From Mytilus californianus (lineage: Eukaryota): a stretch of 64,000 bases of DNA. The notes beneath the pieces were generated by a model, which had not been told where the DNA came from, made no database searches, and saw only the letters and a list, made by a program, of their open reading frames with translations. Positions 49,201 to 62,597 of this stretch are shown here, piece by piece; within the stretch, counting starts at the first letter, position 1; every line of letters starts with the position of its first letter. The position numbers and the translations under genes were made by a program. Location of the stretch: the NCBI RefSeq assembly GCF_021869535.1, contig NW_026262690.1:83948001-84012000 (forward strand), written 5' to 3'.

Positions 49201-52200
49201 TTTATTTCTAAAATTTGTTCATCTTAGTATTACCTATCCAAGCTGCGCATAGGTAACCAATGCAAGGATATTTTGTTTACTCCAAAAAGTTTTTTTTAAA
49301 TTTTGTCAAGTTGTGTTAAATCATTAACGAAGATTAACGTCAGCAGTTAACTGCTAGTTTCTGTTTTCACTAAAATTTGGGACAAATAAAGCGTTCTTGA
49401 TGAAGTTAAATCCAGAATAGCGCTTCGGACGTATGAATTTATAACGTGTTGTTTTCATGTTTTACAGCACTGAGTGGATAACTCTGTTGGTGGAATATCA
49501 GTCCCCGAGGGTAACATCAGCTCAGTAGTCAGTACATTGTACTTCGGTACTAACATGATTTATAACAAACTTTCTTAAATTGCCCGTTTATAAATTTTGA
49601 AATTATAAAGAAACTAAGGTTTCAACTCCCTCAGGCAAAATTGGCCTTAGATGGATTTGGCTATTTTTTTATGTCCTTTCTGGTTTTAGCTCTTCAACGT
49701 TTTAGATCCTTATACATCCTTGGCTTTCAAATATTCGGCTGTGAGCGTTCCTGATGAAGGTAAATCCATATAAGCGCTTCGGACGCATGAAATTTATAAC
49801 GTGTTGTCTTCATTTTTTTTTTCATAAATCAAAAGCGAATGCTAGTAATTCAGCAGCGTTCCACACAGCTATATACTTAAAATAAAATTGCTGTTGTATG
49901 TTTTACCCATGATAAGACCGGCATTACTGGGAACAACATCAAACTTCTCCTCTAGGATTTTTGGTGCAAACGCTGCCAGACCTCCTATGATCAAAGTCTC
50001 GGCACATGCAGCCAAAGTAATAATTACAAAGCATGGTATTTTAATCTGAAGTATAAAAACAATTTAGTATGTACATAAATGGGAAATTGTGTAGTTGATA
50101 TCTATCAGATAGCAACCGAACATAATTTTTTTAAAGGATTGCAAAATTAGAACTTAACATGTACATAAAGTCTTTGGAAAACTTTAATTAAAAAATAAGG
50201 AGATGTAGTATGGTTGTCAATAGGGACAATCATCGAAAACATACCAAAGAAAGTGAATGTAAGCAACAATTGGTCACATATAAAATCAAGGGTTATCACA
50301 GAGATCATAAAATGCCACTAATTAATTGTTGGAACGAATTGCCTCCCTTTGGCTTAAGTTTACCTCCGGTTACGAAATAAACATCGATATCTAAATCCAG
50401 ATGCACCAACTACATGGTCATTATGTTGAATAATGCCAAATGTGAAGGGTTTTTTTTTATCTTGAATATATGATATATACAAAAATAATCAACAATTTAA
50501 AGCTCATTTTAATTGGTATTCATATGAACATATTGTGGATCCGTGATGTATAAAAATCGACAGTAAAAATGAAAGATCAGTTTTCAATTAAACAGAACAG
50601 AACACGAAGAAAATAAGAAAGATTAGAGTTAATTTCCTAATGCTTGTAGACGAAGACTTTGGTTGGCTTGCTTGCTTTGTTTGTATGAATGTTTGCTCAA
50701 GCATTGTAATTAAGATTGACATCAGCAATCAATATAAATAGGTGGAGTTTAACCTGCATACTCAGATTCCTAACCTCCAGGATAACATCCAATCAAATTT
50801 AAGTATAATGTATACAGGTTTAACTCCGCCTTTTTGTATTGGTTGTCGATGTCAATCTTAATTACAACGATTGAGCAAACGTGTACACAAACAAAGCAAC
50901 CAAGCTAACCAAAGTCTCAATCTCCAGCATTAGGAAATTTGCTCTTAATGCTCAGACTAGTCTAACGTTCAGACTAGTCTATGGATATCAGTCTAAAAGC
51001 CGATGTCTCCAGTGTATCCTGAAGATCCGTTTCCAGTAGTGAAAATAGTACAAAACTTTTCAGCACGAATCCTCATACTTACAAGAATCAGTATAGCTTT
51101 TGGGAAATCCAGCATCTTTAATTTTAGTGACCTAGTGTCATTTTTCTGCTTTGCTATTCTTGCTCTATCTTCTTCAGTCAAACGCGCAGCTCTAATGGCA
51201 GCACTTCCTGCAATTTAAAGTTAGTTCTGCATTAACTCAGTCGTTTAAACTACATAGGTTAACTTTTAGATCAAATTCACTTCGCAAGCATAGCGAAAAA
51301 GAGGGAGAGGCCTACCTATTAAAACAAATTTAAATAAACCGTATTCAAATGTAATTAACAATTTTTTATGGCAATTTTGTCATTTTCTTTAAATTCAATG
51401 TTCAAATATTAGTAAAAGTATATATATATATCAAAACATGGCTAGAAATTTAAACAGAGAAGAAGGGAAAACACATGGATTTTTTCTTTTCTCATTACAT
51501 TTTCTTATAATTTTATGTTTAAACAAATGTCAGTCATATAATTTTTGCCAATGTGTAATTTTGGCACATATTTTCTGTGTACAATAATAGAAGTCTCCAG
51601 ATCATTTCAAAATATAGTGCTGCACATATTACAACGAAGTATGTTACCTGGTAAGTTTTTAGGGTAGGCAAACATTGGTATAGCTGACAGGAAGAACGTT
51701 ACACAGGTTATAATAAAACCAACCCACCAAGCTCCAACCCATATTGGATCCATTGGTGTAAAGTTGTCATAAATACTGCAAAAATAAACTAATTTTGTAC
51801 TTTGTTTTTTAAATGCAAGAAAGTGATCAAAGTTTGATCAAGTTATTATAAGAACGTGTGAAAGGAATTATAAGCAAAACAAAATTCTCAAATATGATCA
51901 AATTAGTTTGTATGAACGGTAGGTAGGATCTGATGAGGGAATGTATCTTCTTGTCTGTATTTATTCTCTATTCCTTAAATTTTTTAACCATATTTCCTGT
52001 CTTTTGTTTATTGGGCTTTTTCTGTTTTCTTTATTTCTTTGACCATAATCCTCATTCGGACTCTCATGTATGCTCATAACAGTGTCTTAATGAGGAACTC
52101 TTGCTTGTTCTGACTTATACGGTACGTTTAATGCAGATGATAATTTTTAAGAGTACTTAAGTTATTAGGCGGTTGATTAAAGTTATAATTTGAATTTCAC

Positions 52201-55200
52201 TGTCTTAAACACATGCAAGAAAGATTTTCCGCAAAAATTGAAAATAGAGAAAATGGCATCGAATTTAAAACATACTATGTGGTATCTACTCTTTCAAAAT
52301 CTACCCAAAGTGATAGAAACTGTCCACCTCCCATGTATCCAGCGGCAACGCCCAATGCTGTCAATGCATAAATCAAACCTAAAAATAAAAATATACTACA
52401 TCAAAATCACTTAATTTGGACTTTTTTTTTGTGAATTGTGTCGCATCAATGATTTGGGTAACGATAAAAAAAGGTTCAAATTTTAGAAACAAAACTAGTT
52501 CATGGTTGAATACGTTTGATTTAAAGGGGATGCCAAGTAAACGTCATACAGACAGCATCCGAGCGACAAAAATAACCAATAGACATCTAAATATAGTCTT
52601 TATTAATAGATATGTGTCTTTACAATATGTTTGACGTTAATTTGAAACAATATTGACCATTGAAATGTCAGATTAACACATCCATTTAGCGATAAACTGA
52701 CCATTCAACATGCAAACCTAGTATGATAAAATGTTATATTTCTGAGTTCAATTTTTTCTTCTTTTACAAGCATGTCATTATTTAACCCTTATATTTGCAG
52801 TAATGCAAAATCCTCCAAACCCTATTTAATACTAAACTATGTTAATTGCATTGGTAAACACTGAGAAAATCGGAACGACCAACCTATGCTTCTGAACTGT
52901 ACATTGATGATTGACGTCGAAATACCCAATTATATTGATGGCAATAAAAAATAATCCACAGTAATCTAACCAAAATTGTTGCAAAAACTTTTAAACTTCT
53001 ACCGAGCCTTGATAACAGAAAAATCTTTTCGGTCAACCTATTGGTCCCCCTGATCCTAAATAACAGGTCGGGGGAATGGGATTATTATCCCAAGGTACAT
53101 TGGTGCGAAATCAAAAATAGTCTATATGAAGAAAGGGGTAGGTTCGGTAATTAAGGGCCATATTTGGCCCCGATTATTAAGTTCAATGTTTCAGGATAAA
53201 AATGTTTTAAGTTGATGAAAAGACATGTGAGGAAGTTAAATAGAAGTATTTTTGTCAAAGTTTTGTTCTGATGCGTTGATTTTTACATCCCAAATAGGTC
53301 AAAAACAGAGATTTTGGCAAAGATTGACAAAATCGTACTGATTTCAACCAAATTAATGCCTAGGAAACATAAAGCGCAGGCGTCGACAAACTAAATATTT
53401 GTGTCAGATATGTAAAATGCCATAACAGAGATTATGTTAAAAGATCTTTTTTGTCGACGCATGCGCTCTATGTTTCCTATCCAAGAAATCAATGGAAATT
53501 TATCCATTTTCATTGAATTTTCGTGGAAAATCAAAATGAGTGCTATTTGTGACCTCATGAACAGAGCGCAAGTACGTAAATTTTCAAAACAAAATTATAT
53601 TTTCGATATTGTCATTGTATTAGCTATGATTGGTATTGGTCAATTAATCCTAATTTTAAATTTAAGCCAGAAATAGGGGCCATTTTAGGACCTTATCGAA
53701 CCTACTCATTTCAATTCGAAACCAATATTTTGTTGCAATTTTACTTTACATCTATCGAAACACTAAGGTTTTTCTTCCTCCAGAAAAAAGATAACCTTAG
53801 CTGTATTTGGCACAACTTTTCGGAATTTTCGTTTTTTCATGGTCTTCAAATTTGTATTGGGTTTGGCCTTCCCACTGTTTTGATGCGAGCGCCACTGATG
53901 AGTCTTATGTATAAGCCTGGTATCTTTGATGAGTTTTTACATGTATTTGTCGATACTTAGAGGTTGTAAATATTTCAAAGTTGATGTGAATAGCTGTCAT
54001 AAAACGCACTTATGTTTTAACCCTAAAACGTGCTTCTATCTATTATTTTATAGCTCAATTCATAAATCAACATATTTGAAGTTCTTTCAAGGTTGTTTTT
54101 TAAATAGAAGTTTGCATACATGTTGAATACTTCATTTGTTTAATAGACGATATTTTTTTAATCGATGCACTTCATCTACCGCGTTTAATTCCGACGCAAC
54201 GTGTCGGTCTATAGCAAAGCAGGGTTCATATGTACTTCACATTAAGATATTATAGTTCTGAATTTGCATTTAATTTGCCGCTGGACGTAAAAAAAAGTCA
54301 TAAAAAAAAATAAGAGCAAGGAGAATACATTCCCGGAGGTCATCTGATACGTAGTTGATTATTTATAATGTGTAAGTTGATCATTCCTTCCACCATGTTT
54401 ATATGAATAAAAGAGATGTATGAGTACATGCCAATAAGACAGCAACTTTACAAAAACCAATGAGTTCAACCATACAAAAAAACCCACATAAAAAGGGATC
54501 AATATACGTTGCATATCTTTACTATATGCATCTAGCACTAAATAACCAGAGACTACTTTCAAATTTTAAAAGAGACATTTCAACTTTTTAATTAATACTT
54601 GTTTTAAAGGGCATCACAGTACAAACAGAACAAACACACATACACACAATAATAAAAAAACCAAGATATGACAAGCGATATTGCGTACAAGAAATGTGTC
54701 ATTTTAAAGGTAATCATTTCATATCAATAATAGGTATATATTACCTAAATAAATAGCGGTTGATTCTGTTTTAGCATTATCGTCTACGTATGCTGTTCCA
54801 AGTGTAAACATTGGTGTGAATCCAATACCATGTACAAACTGAGCCAACATAAAAACGTATAAAAAGCCACTTCCAGATTGTGATGGTGCAGTACAGGTGT
54901 CATCACCGCCGATCTCACATATCTGACTTGTTGAATTGACATCTATAAATGTATATATAAAAAAAGGAAATAAACAGTTTAAATTGCATATAATGTGGAA
55001 TGTAACCTACAAGAACAAACTAATGTCATTTAAAGTGTTCTTCGTTTGTTAATAAAAGTTCAAACGACAGGTACCAATAGTTGAACACGAGCTGCTTACA
55101 CATCGGGAACACCCAAGTACAACCCGATATTTTAGTGGGATTTATTCTTCTTCTAGCTTTAACTTTCTGTGTAGTGGTTTTATATCGACTTGATTGATCC

Positions 55201-56509
55201 CTTGGTATCATCTTTCTAATTTTTTCTAATAGAAGGTTCTTCAATGATTAAAAACACTGTAAACTTTGTATGTTTTCTTTATGGTTTTCATGTCTTTCAC
55301 CGTATTGTTATTTTATTGTATTGCTCTTTGGTGTCCTTGTCTTTTTAGTATGTTTTCTTTAAATTATTTGACATGGTTTTCATGTCTTTCGTCGTATTGT
55401 TATTTTATTTTATTGCTCTTGGGTATCCTCGTCTTTCTAGTATGTTTTCTATAAATTATTTGACATGTTTTTCAGGTCTTTCATCGTTTTGTTATTTTAT
55501 TGCATTGTATTACCTCTTGGATAATATCCTCGTCTTTTAAGTAAACATGAAGTGACAACTTCAATTTATAATCAGCAAGAATTTCAATGTCAATGTCAAT
55601 TTGATTTGATTTATTATAATGTTTCACTTAGCTTTAAAAGAACAATGATATCATTGAAAACTATGTTATACAGTTAGCATATTCAGGAAAATTACACATA
55701 TATTTCATGAAATTTTAAAAACCTCAAGAGAATTTTACAATTCTTTTAAAAAATAAATCATACTTAACAGCAAAGTATACCAAGTCATGTAAGAAGAAAT
55801 ATCACTCACTTGCCCCTTGATAATCGTACGGATCTGTTGCAAAATGTGGAATCAAAAATAGGAAGGAACCGAGCGACATTATTAATGTTCCCAGACCTAC
55901 AACGACAGCACGATTCTTCTTAGCACCATAGAAACTAACAAACAGTACAAATATTACAGCACCAATGTCTGTTGAACTGACGATAAGAGCCGACTGAGAG
56001 CTTGGCAGACTGAAACGTCTTTCTAATGTAGTTAACACTATATTGGTGACGCCATTGACAGCAGCTCCCTCTATAAAACCGATCACACACAACCAGAAAA
56101 CTACCCATTTTATATTTAAGCAGCCCCTGAAAAAATCAAAACATTATGTTATGCTTTTCTACGTGTCTTTTATCCGAAATGAAATTATTTGTTCCCTGAA
56201 TGGAGCAAAGTGAAGCTTGACTGATACAATACATCAAAGATACCAAATGTTCTGTGTGCGAGTTTTCGCTTGAAAAAGAAATGTCTCTGTTATGAAATTA
56301 TAAGTTTGTCCTTTTTATTATCTTGAATGCTAGGATTTTTTCTCAATTAGTTAGTTATTGCAATGTATTTTTTATATCTATTTGAAATTTGTGGTGTCTT
56401 CTATTATTAGCAAACTACATAGTAGCAAAACAAGTAGCTAAGACTAACAGCTAACTTACTTTGGTCCAAATCGACACTTCAAATTGCTTTCATCTTCTAC
56501 CTCAGTAAC
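43229..56509 (-). CDS. OATP/SLCO-family organic anion transporter, paralogue B (12 exons mapped; start exon not located)
   Basis: Exons in transcript order: 56509-56460, 56126-55810, 54942-54745, 52378-52276, 51775-51648, 51207-51083, 50045-49907, 48707-48503, 47594-47462, 45294-45134, 44661-44597, 43596-43229. Motifs LERRF, YVDDN, DPIWVGAWW, PVCGSD...CHAGC, RLLGTIPGP; exon phases equal paralogue A. Confidence 0.92.
49390..49810 (+). mobile_element. Retrozyme-like unit: two hammerhead-like motifs in direct orientation 354 bp apart, intronic and antisense to paralogue B
   Basis: GCGTTC(C/T)TGATGAAG(G/T)TAAATCCA...AGCGCTTCGGACG at cores 49397 and 49751, each followed by AATTTATAACGTGTTG. Confidence 0.6.
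50621..50949. mobile_element. Foldback/MITE-like long imperfect inverted repeat (about 140-bp arms) in an intron of paralogue B
   Basis: AATTTCCTAATGCT...GGAGTTTAACCTG mirrored by CAGGTTTAACTCC...AGCATTAGGAAATT. Confidence 0.75.
53135..53707. mobile_element. Probable MITE with imperfect TIRs of about 30 bp
   Basis: GTAGGTTCG...TGGCCCC mirrored by GGGGCCA...CGAACCTAC. Confidence 0.5.
55281..55545. repeat. Three-copy tandem repeat, 92-bp period
   Basis: ATG(G/T)TTTTCA(T/G)GTCTTTC at 55281, 55373 and 55465. Confidence 0.85.
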
Positions 56510-59500
56510 CTGTATTCAGAAAATAAAATGATTTTGTTTCGGCGAAAGAATTGGAATAAAAAAGACATCAGCCAATTAACTGATGTTTGTGAAATAACAG
56601 ATTTACACAATTGTGTGTAGAAAGTACAAAAATAGAGTATGTAGATCTTCGTAGAATTTTACTTTTAAATTGTTCTGATTATTTTTTCTCAGGAAAAACT
56701 TTGAGTGACACTTGCATGATAGTGGATTTATAAAAGCATTTTATACTAACCGAATATTCTTTCTGTTTGTACACATCTCCGTTCCGTGTGCCCTGAAAAT
56801 ATAAAAAGTCGCGTTGAGCAAATTGTGAAAGTTATTTTCAAAATATTTTACCTTAAGATTTAACCTTTTCGGGGTTGAGTATTTTATTTTATTCGTTACT
56901 TCGATTTGTCATTGTTTTCTCTTACCAAAGAAGTCGATACAGAGATAAGAACTCATATTTCAATATTTATTTTTTGCAAATAAGATGTTTAAGGAGTCAA
57001 AAATGCAAATTGCATACAAGAACAATCACCATACTACAGAACATTAGCACTCAATATCCTGTCTGATCTGGATACATTTATCACATTGTTCACACTTTCA
57101 CATTTGCTTTTTATGAATGCCCTTCAGAGTGTTGTTCCTTACTCCTTATTGCAGGCTCTACAATGACCTGTAGATCTTCAACACAATGTACTTTTAAGAC
57201 TTTGAATGGACAACTGTCTGTCACAACACGGCATAAAGAAGTAAGAACACGCACCTTATGTACTAGTGTATATTGATGGACTTTTTTTTAATCAATCTCT
57301 CCTTGTGTAATTTATATAAGTTTAAACCATCACATAATTAATTGTATGATATGTCTCTGGTAGAAAGTAAGGTACTAGTGATAAAATGATACTGAGTCTT
57401 CAATCAACTGTAACAAAAACCGGTTACTTGTGAAGTGCAAGTATTTAGATTCCTTATGAATTGAAACTGTGCATCTATTTGTTCTTAATACTTAATTAGA
57501 GTTTTAAATAAGCTTTCAGATATAGATTTTGTTATGTGTATACATGTACCTGATAACTGCTGCTTAAATGTTGAATATAATTTTCAGAATTACGTTGTCT
57601 TTTAAAACGTGATATTTCAAACTGCGTTTTAAACGAATATTTCCTTTGTTTTTATACTGTCAATAGCACTATATGTACAAATAATCCAGGTCATACAATT
57701 TTATGGGATGTAGTTTGGAGGCATTAAACTTGATATATCAATGATAATTTTCATATTATCAATATCCCCTTATTTTCTTTAAATTCAAAATGTACTGTCT
57801 ATAAGCACGAACTTAGGTATCTATTGATGGACAATTCTTTTAAATCAATCTCGCTTTGTGTAATTAACTTTAACTTTCCATCTTATGAGTATATTGCAAT
57901 ACACAATATATTTAAAGACTTGTAAAACCATTATATAATGGTATAACGTGATATAACGTAGTAATAAAATGGTAAGTTAATTGTTATAAAATATTATATA
58001 ACGGTTTCTTGTAAATGCTTTTGAATTAAAACTAGCAACTGTTTCTTCTAAATTACAGTATTGATTTTAGATAGTAATTTAGATATGTGCATCCGTGATA
58101 AATGGTGCCCATGTGTTGCATCAGAGATTTTCATTTAATACAAAATGATTATATTGTATGTCTTTGTTTGCTTGTAATTTTCAGAATTACACCAATTGTT
58201 AAAACTTTATATACCAATCTCAATGTTCAATGAATATTCCCATGATTTTCACTGTGGATAAACTTTGGTCTACTTATTTTACAGCTATCTCGTCTCGTTT
58301 AAGGATCTATGAAAACAGTTTTATTGTGACATTACACAATATCAGCAATCTCGTCTTGTTTAATTGTCTTTTTACTTGCTGATCTTTGATAGATCTAAAA
58401 GTTTTATTGTGGAAATACTTTATATCAAGTGGTATTAAATAATTGAAACACACAGCGCGTACAAGAACCTTCGCAAGGACATATATAATGACAATGAGTA
58501 GTTATAGATCTATGAAATGAAGTTTGATAGTTACGGTACATAAAATTATGTGGTAATCTGCGCGTAAAGGGACCGTATGAAAGACATACATGATTACTGA
58601 TATAAACTTTCGAGGAGTTCCCAGAATCTCGATTCCAAGGCAATCTAAACGGCAAATTGCTGATAGCATCAACTCACCAAAAAGGGGTGCACACCTAATG
58701 GAGTTAACGGAATTATGAATATGGAGAAATAATCGACGGAAAGAACGATGTTTTTTATGAGGCGGGGCAGCATGTCGTAACTGTGGTTTTGGAAGGCGTA
58801 ATAAAATACAACAAAGTGACAAAATTTCACAAATTATGCATGATACAATACAAATAATAATAGGAAACAGAATTGGGAATTTGGCAATGTTAAACATGAT
58901 ATTGAGTACTCAACCCATCTGCGGACCTGGGCCAGTGGTGTAACAGCACAACATTAAAGAAAATTGAGAAAAAAATAATTTTAAAAGAGCCGATTTGACT
59001 TAATAGATCTGTAACCCTTATTGGATAACGGTTCATAGAGCTGTTCTTTTTCAAACGATTGTTTGGTATATGTTCTTAGTTTGAATAATGATTTTAATGC
59101 TGGATGGCATCCCGTGAAAATAAACCAAAATTTTGAGCCTCTAGTTGGTATATCGAAGTGCATCAATTTACCATTTAAATTTTGGTGAATAAAGTCTAAT
59201 GCACCCCCCCCCCCCCTAGATTATATAATGATGTAATAGCGACTTGAAGTCAGACATACTCATTTTTGACCTTTTCAAACTGGACCAAATCACTACTTTA
59301 CCTAAAAATGCATGCCACAATTTTTTTACATGTAATTTCATCCCCCTACTTACTATTTCGTGCAGAAAATATATAAAGGTGTATAAAAAATAAGCAAGTT
59401 ATACACTGTAACGAAAATCAAAGGACGATAACTGTGTCCCCGAACCATATGCTATGCCTTTATTAAGGTCATTTGCTGTAAATTTACTGTTACTAAAACT

Positions 59501-60401
59501 TAATGTCATTCAAAACACTAAAACATTTCTACACTCAAACCATGGACGAGCTTAGCCATTTATGAATGCTTGGTTTTCAATGGACTTAATTGATTTAGCC
59601 TTCAAACTGTTTTAAATTAAGCGCCACTAATGAGTCTTTTGTAGACGAAAAGCGCGTACGGTAGATTAAGTTTTAACCCGTGTATCTTTGATGTGATTTC
59701 GAAATATATGTATATATGCATGATCATATGCAGACTAAATCCGTCCTGCATAGGATAATGATATTCAGTCTGGTTAAAGAATTGTTTACTTAGATCTTAG
59801 ATATAAAACAACACATAAAAGTACCAAGTCTATTTACTTTGAATAATTATTATGTACAGAGGATCGCACTTCGAGTCATTTGATTTAGCGTTACCTTAAA
59901 GTTGAAAGTCAAATTTATTTTAAAGAAAAATTGCCCACAAATTTACTATGAACAAATACTATCTACTGTATAAACATAATAGTAATTAAAATTTTGGATT
60001 TTGCTTCATGGCGATTTTCAGTGAGTTGATATATAATATAAAAAATGTATTCGAAAGGTGATCTAAAATACTTCTGTTTTTAATATATTATTATGGAGGC
60101 TGGATACTATTGTGTTGATAACGATGGTATCGGATATCTGTATTACGATTTTTTAAAACAAATTACTGCTTTTTTGATCAATCAGGTGACGGTATATGAA
60201 TTCAATATTTTGATTCCATGAAGTCAATTGCGAAGCACGACACAATGAGAGAAACAAAACATGCGGGATTGTGCACCCTCGCCCAAAATTAAATACATTT
60301 TAAATGAATTATAAATAAATACTGATAAAATAAAAAAAGTTGTATACAGATATGTTACATTTAAGCAGTTTTTAATTCTATTTCATTGTTATATAGATAG
60401 C

Positions 60402-60493
60402 GGCAATAAGTGACATTATGCATTAATTATACTTAAATCTTACGCAGTGGCAATAAGTGACATTATGCATTAATTATACTTAAATCTTACGCA
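60402..60493. repeat. Perfect 45-bp duplication (period 47)
   Basis: GGCAATAAGTGACATTATG...CTTACGCA at 60402 and 60449. Confidence 0.9.
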
Positions 60494-62224
60494 ATATAAG
60501 ATATCTACAAAAATATGTAAGGTATATACAGATTAAGTTCTTAAAATGTGTCGAGGCATTATATGCAATGCCTAAATATAAACATAACAATTAAAGAGAC
60601 AATCTAATAATCAACTTGTGAGCTTGAAGTTATTGATGAATCAGAGTTATTTACCTAAGTTGTAAGGTTGCTTGCAACGTGTAAATATTAAGTCGCATCT
60701 GTAATTTTTCAATGTACAGTTGTATTATGATCGGCCTATGCTCAAACTGCGGTGCTATGGGCCATCTTGAACTTGCCGTGATGTGTGAGCTTAATTTTGC
60801 TCAGTGTTGCAAGCAGGTTTCACTGTGACGTTGAGATGAAAAAACAGCAGGAAAGCGCCTTCTATGGATTTTGTATCATGAATTTAATACACCTTATACA
60901 GTCTGTTTCATTATATTGTTATGATTATGGATAGTTAGCCTATGTAACTGGGAATATGACTCTTAGTCATATTTCAGCAGTTCACTTTTATTTGTTGGCT
61001 ATCTTTGTGCATCCAATACCGTACTCAGTGTATGGAATGGAATATGCCAACGCTACAATTAAAACGGCATTATTACAAAAAAATCGACGACTAACATGCA
61101 AGTCTTTTTTTTCCATTTGTATGATTAACATAACATTTTTTTCGTTTTATTTTGTTTTGGGTCTTTTTTGGCTGTATGAGTACTAGTAACATGCACAATG
61201 TGTTTTGTTAATGCATTTCAAACATTTAGTTTCATTTTAGTAAATGTGTCAAAGAATATTTATTCCGCTTATCAGAAACAGTTTCCCTGCAAACTTTGTC
61301 ATAAACAATGCCATCATATCTATTCATGTTGGAACAAATATTTTATACCCTTCATTCCGTCAGGAACAACCAGTGGAAATATTACAGAATACTTTTTCCA
61401 TTTGAAACTTATATCATGAAGGAACTGCTATTTCATGACAAATGTAGGTGTTACACAACTTTAAAGTCTTAGGTCTTGCTTTATTGATAAAACAATCATT
61501 ATCAAATGTCGTGGGCCCATATCGTAAACCACTGGTATCGTTCTACTTTTTAATTATATACACGCTTATAAATGTTTTTATTTTATTCAAAAAATATAAA
61601 CCCAAGTGAAAAACCTTTTTTTTCTCAAAAAATTATAAGAAAATATAAGATCACAGTATATGCCAAGTCTTTATATAAAATTATTATTTTTGCCTGTTTT
61701 ACCGGTGAGACATTGTCGTGGGTGTTGAACGATCTTTACCTTTACTTTTAATCTATATTATTCATAGATAGTGCCAAATGACCATTGACTTAAAGCAAGA
61801 AGGTTTCACTATCAAGCGGAAACTAAGCATATCGTTGCAGCTGTATTGACAGTGATTACTATCAGACTGAAATATCATTAACAAGTAGATAATACGAAAA
61901 GTAATCATAGAGTCAATTTATGTAGGTATTTCGTATTTACTGTTTCGTGAACTTTTTTAGAGAATGTTCCAAATATTTTATAAATTGCTTTAAAACATTC
62001 TTCACCACTAAAGAGGACCAACTATTATATGTTTAAAAAAATTTGTTTATTTTAATAAAATGGAATCATGATATAAATAGTATGATTCAACTTTTGAAAT
62101 ACATATGAATATTAAGAGATAACGTTAAATATTTTATTGAATGATTATACACAAAAAAATTAACAACTTAAATAGTAAAGTTGCTTTGGTTATATATAGA
62201 AATATGAGCATCTCTTGGTCTTCT

Positions 62225-62597
62225 TCCGACCGGCAGTAAACACTTGCCAAAGTGGGGGTCCGTATTGGATGTGCAGGATGTATAAATTCACAGCCACGTC
62301 CGGACAGAATGGGGACGTTAAATCCGATACCTCGAATAGAGAGAGTGTCATGATCTCTGCATGTTAAGAACCCCTGCAACAGCTCTTAGAAGGGCCCGTA
62401 GGTGGACTATTGTAAGGCTAAATTTCTATCCTTATCCAATATACCCACATTGTCTAGTGGCAGTCCATATTTCCCAACCTTTATCCTGGTCAGTCAAATG
62501 ACATACCTATAATATTGTATGTATTGGTAATTTGTTCTGGTCCTAAACATGCATGCAATATATGCCACTGGACGTTTAGCAAACAATAATCAATCGA
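62225..62597 (+). mobile_element. SINE-like repeat ending in GCCACTGGACGTT...AATC (related copies near 15330 -, 20710 +, 29790-30070 -, 54260 +)
   Basis: Shared 3' end TGCCACTGGACGT followed by AATC-type tail in several places. Confidence 0.55.

Noticed and set aside
56740-56800. Candidate start exon for OATP paralogue B (ATG TGT ACA...)
   Set aside because: The strong donor gives the wrong phase; the phase-compatible donor is weak.
61240-61440. Possible coding remnant on the minus strand
   Set aside because: Stops in all frames and no recognisable motif.
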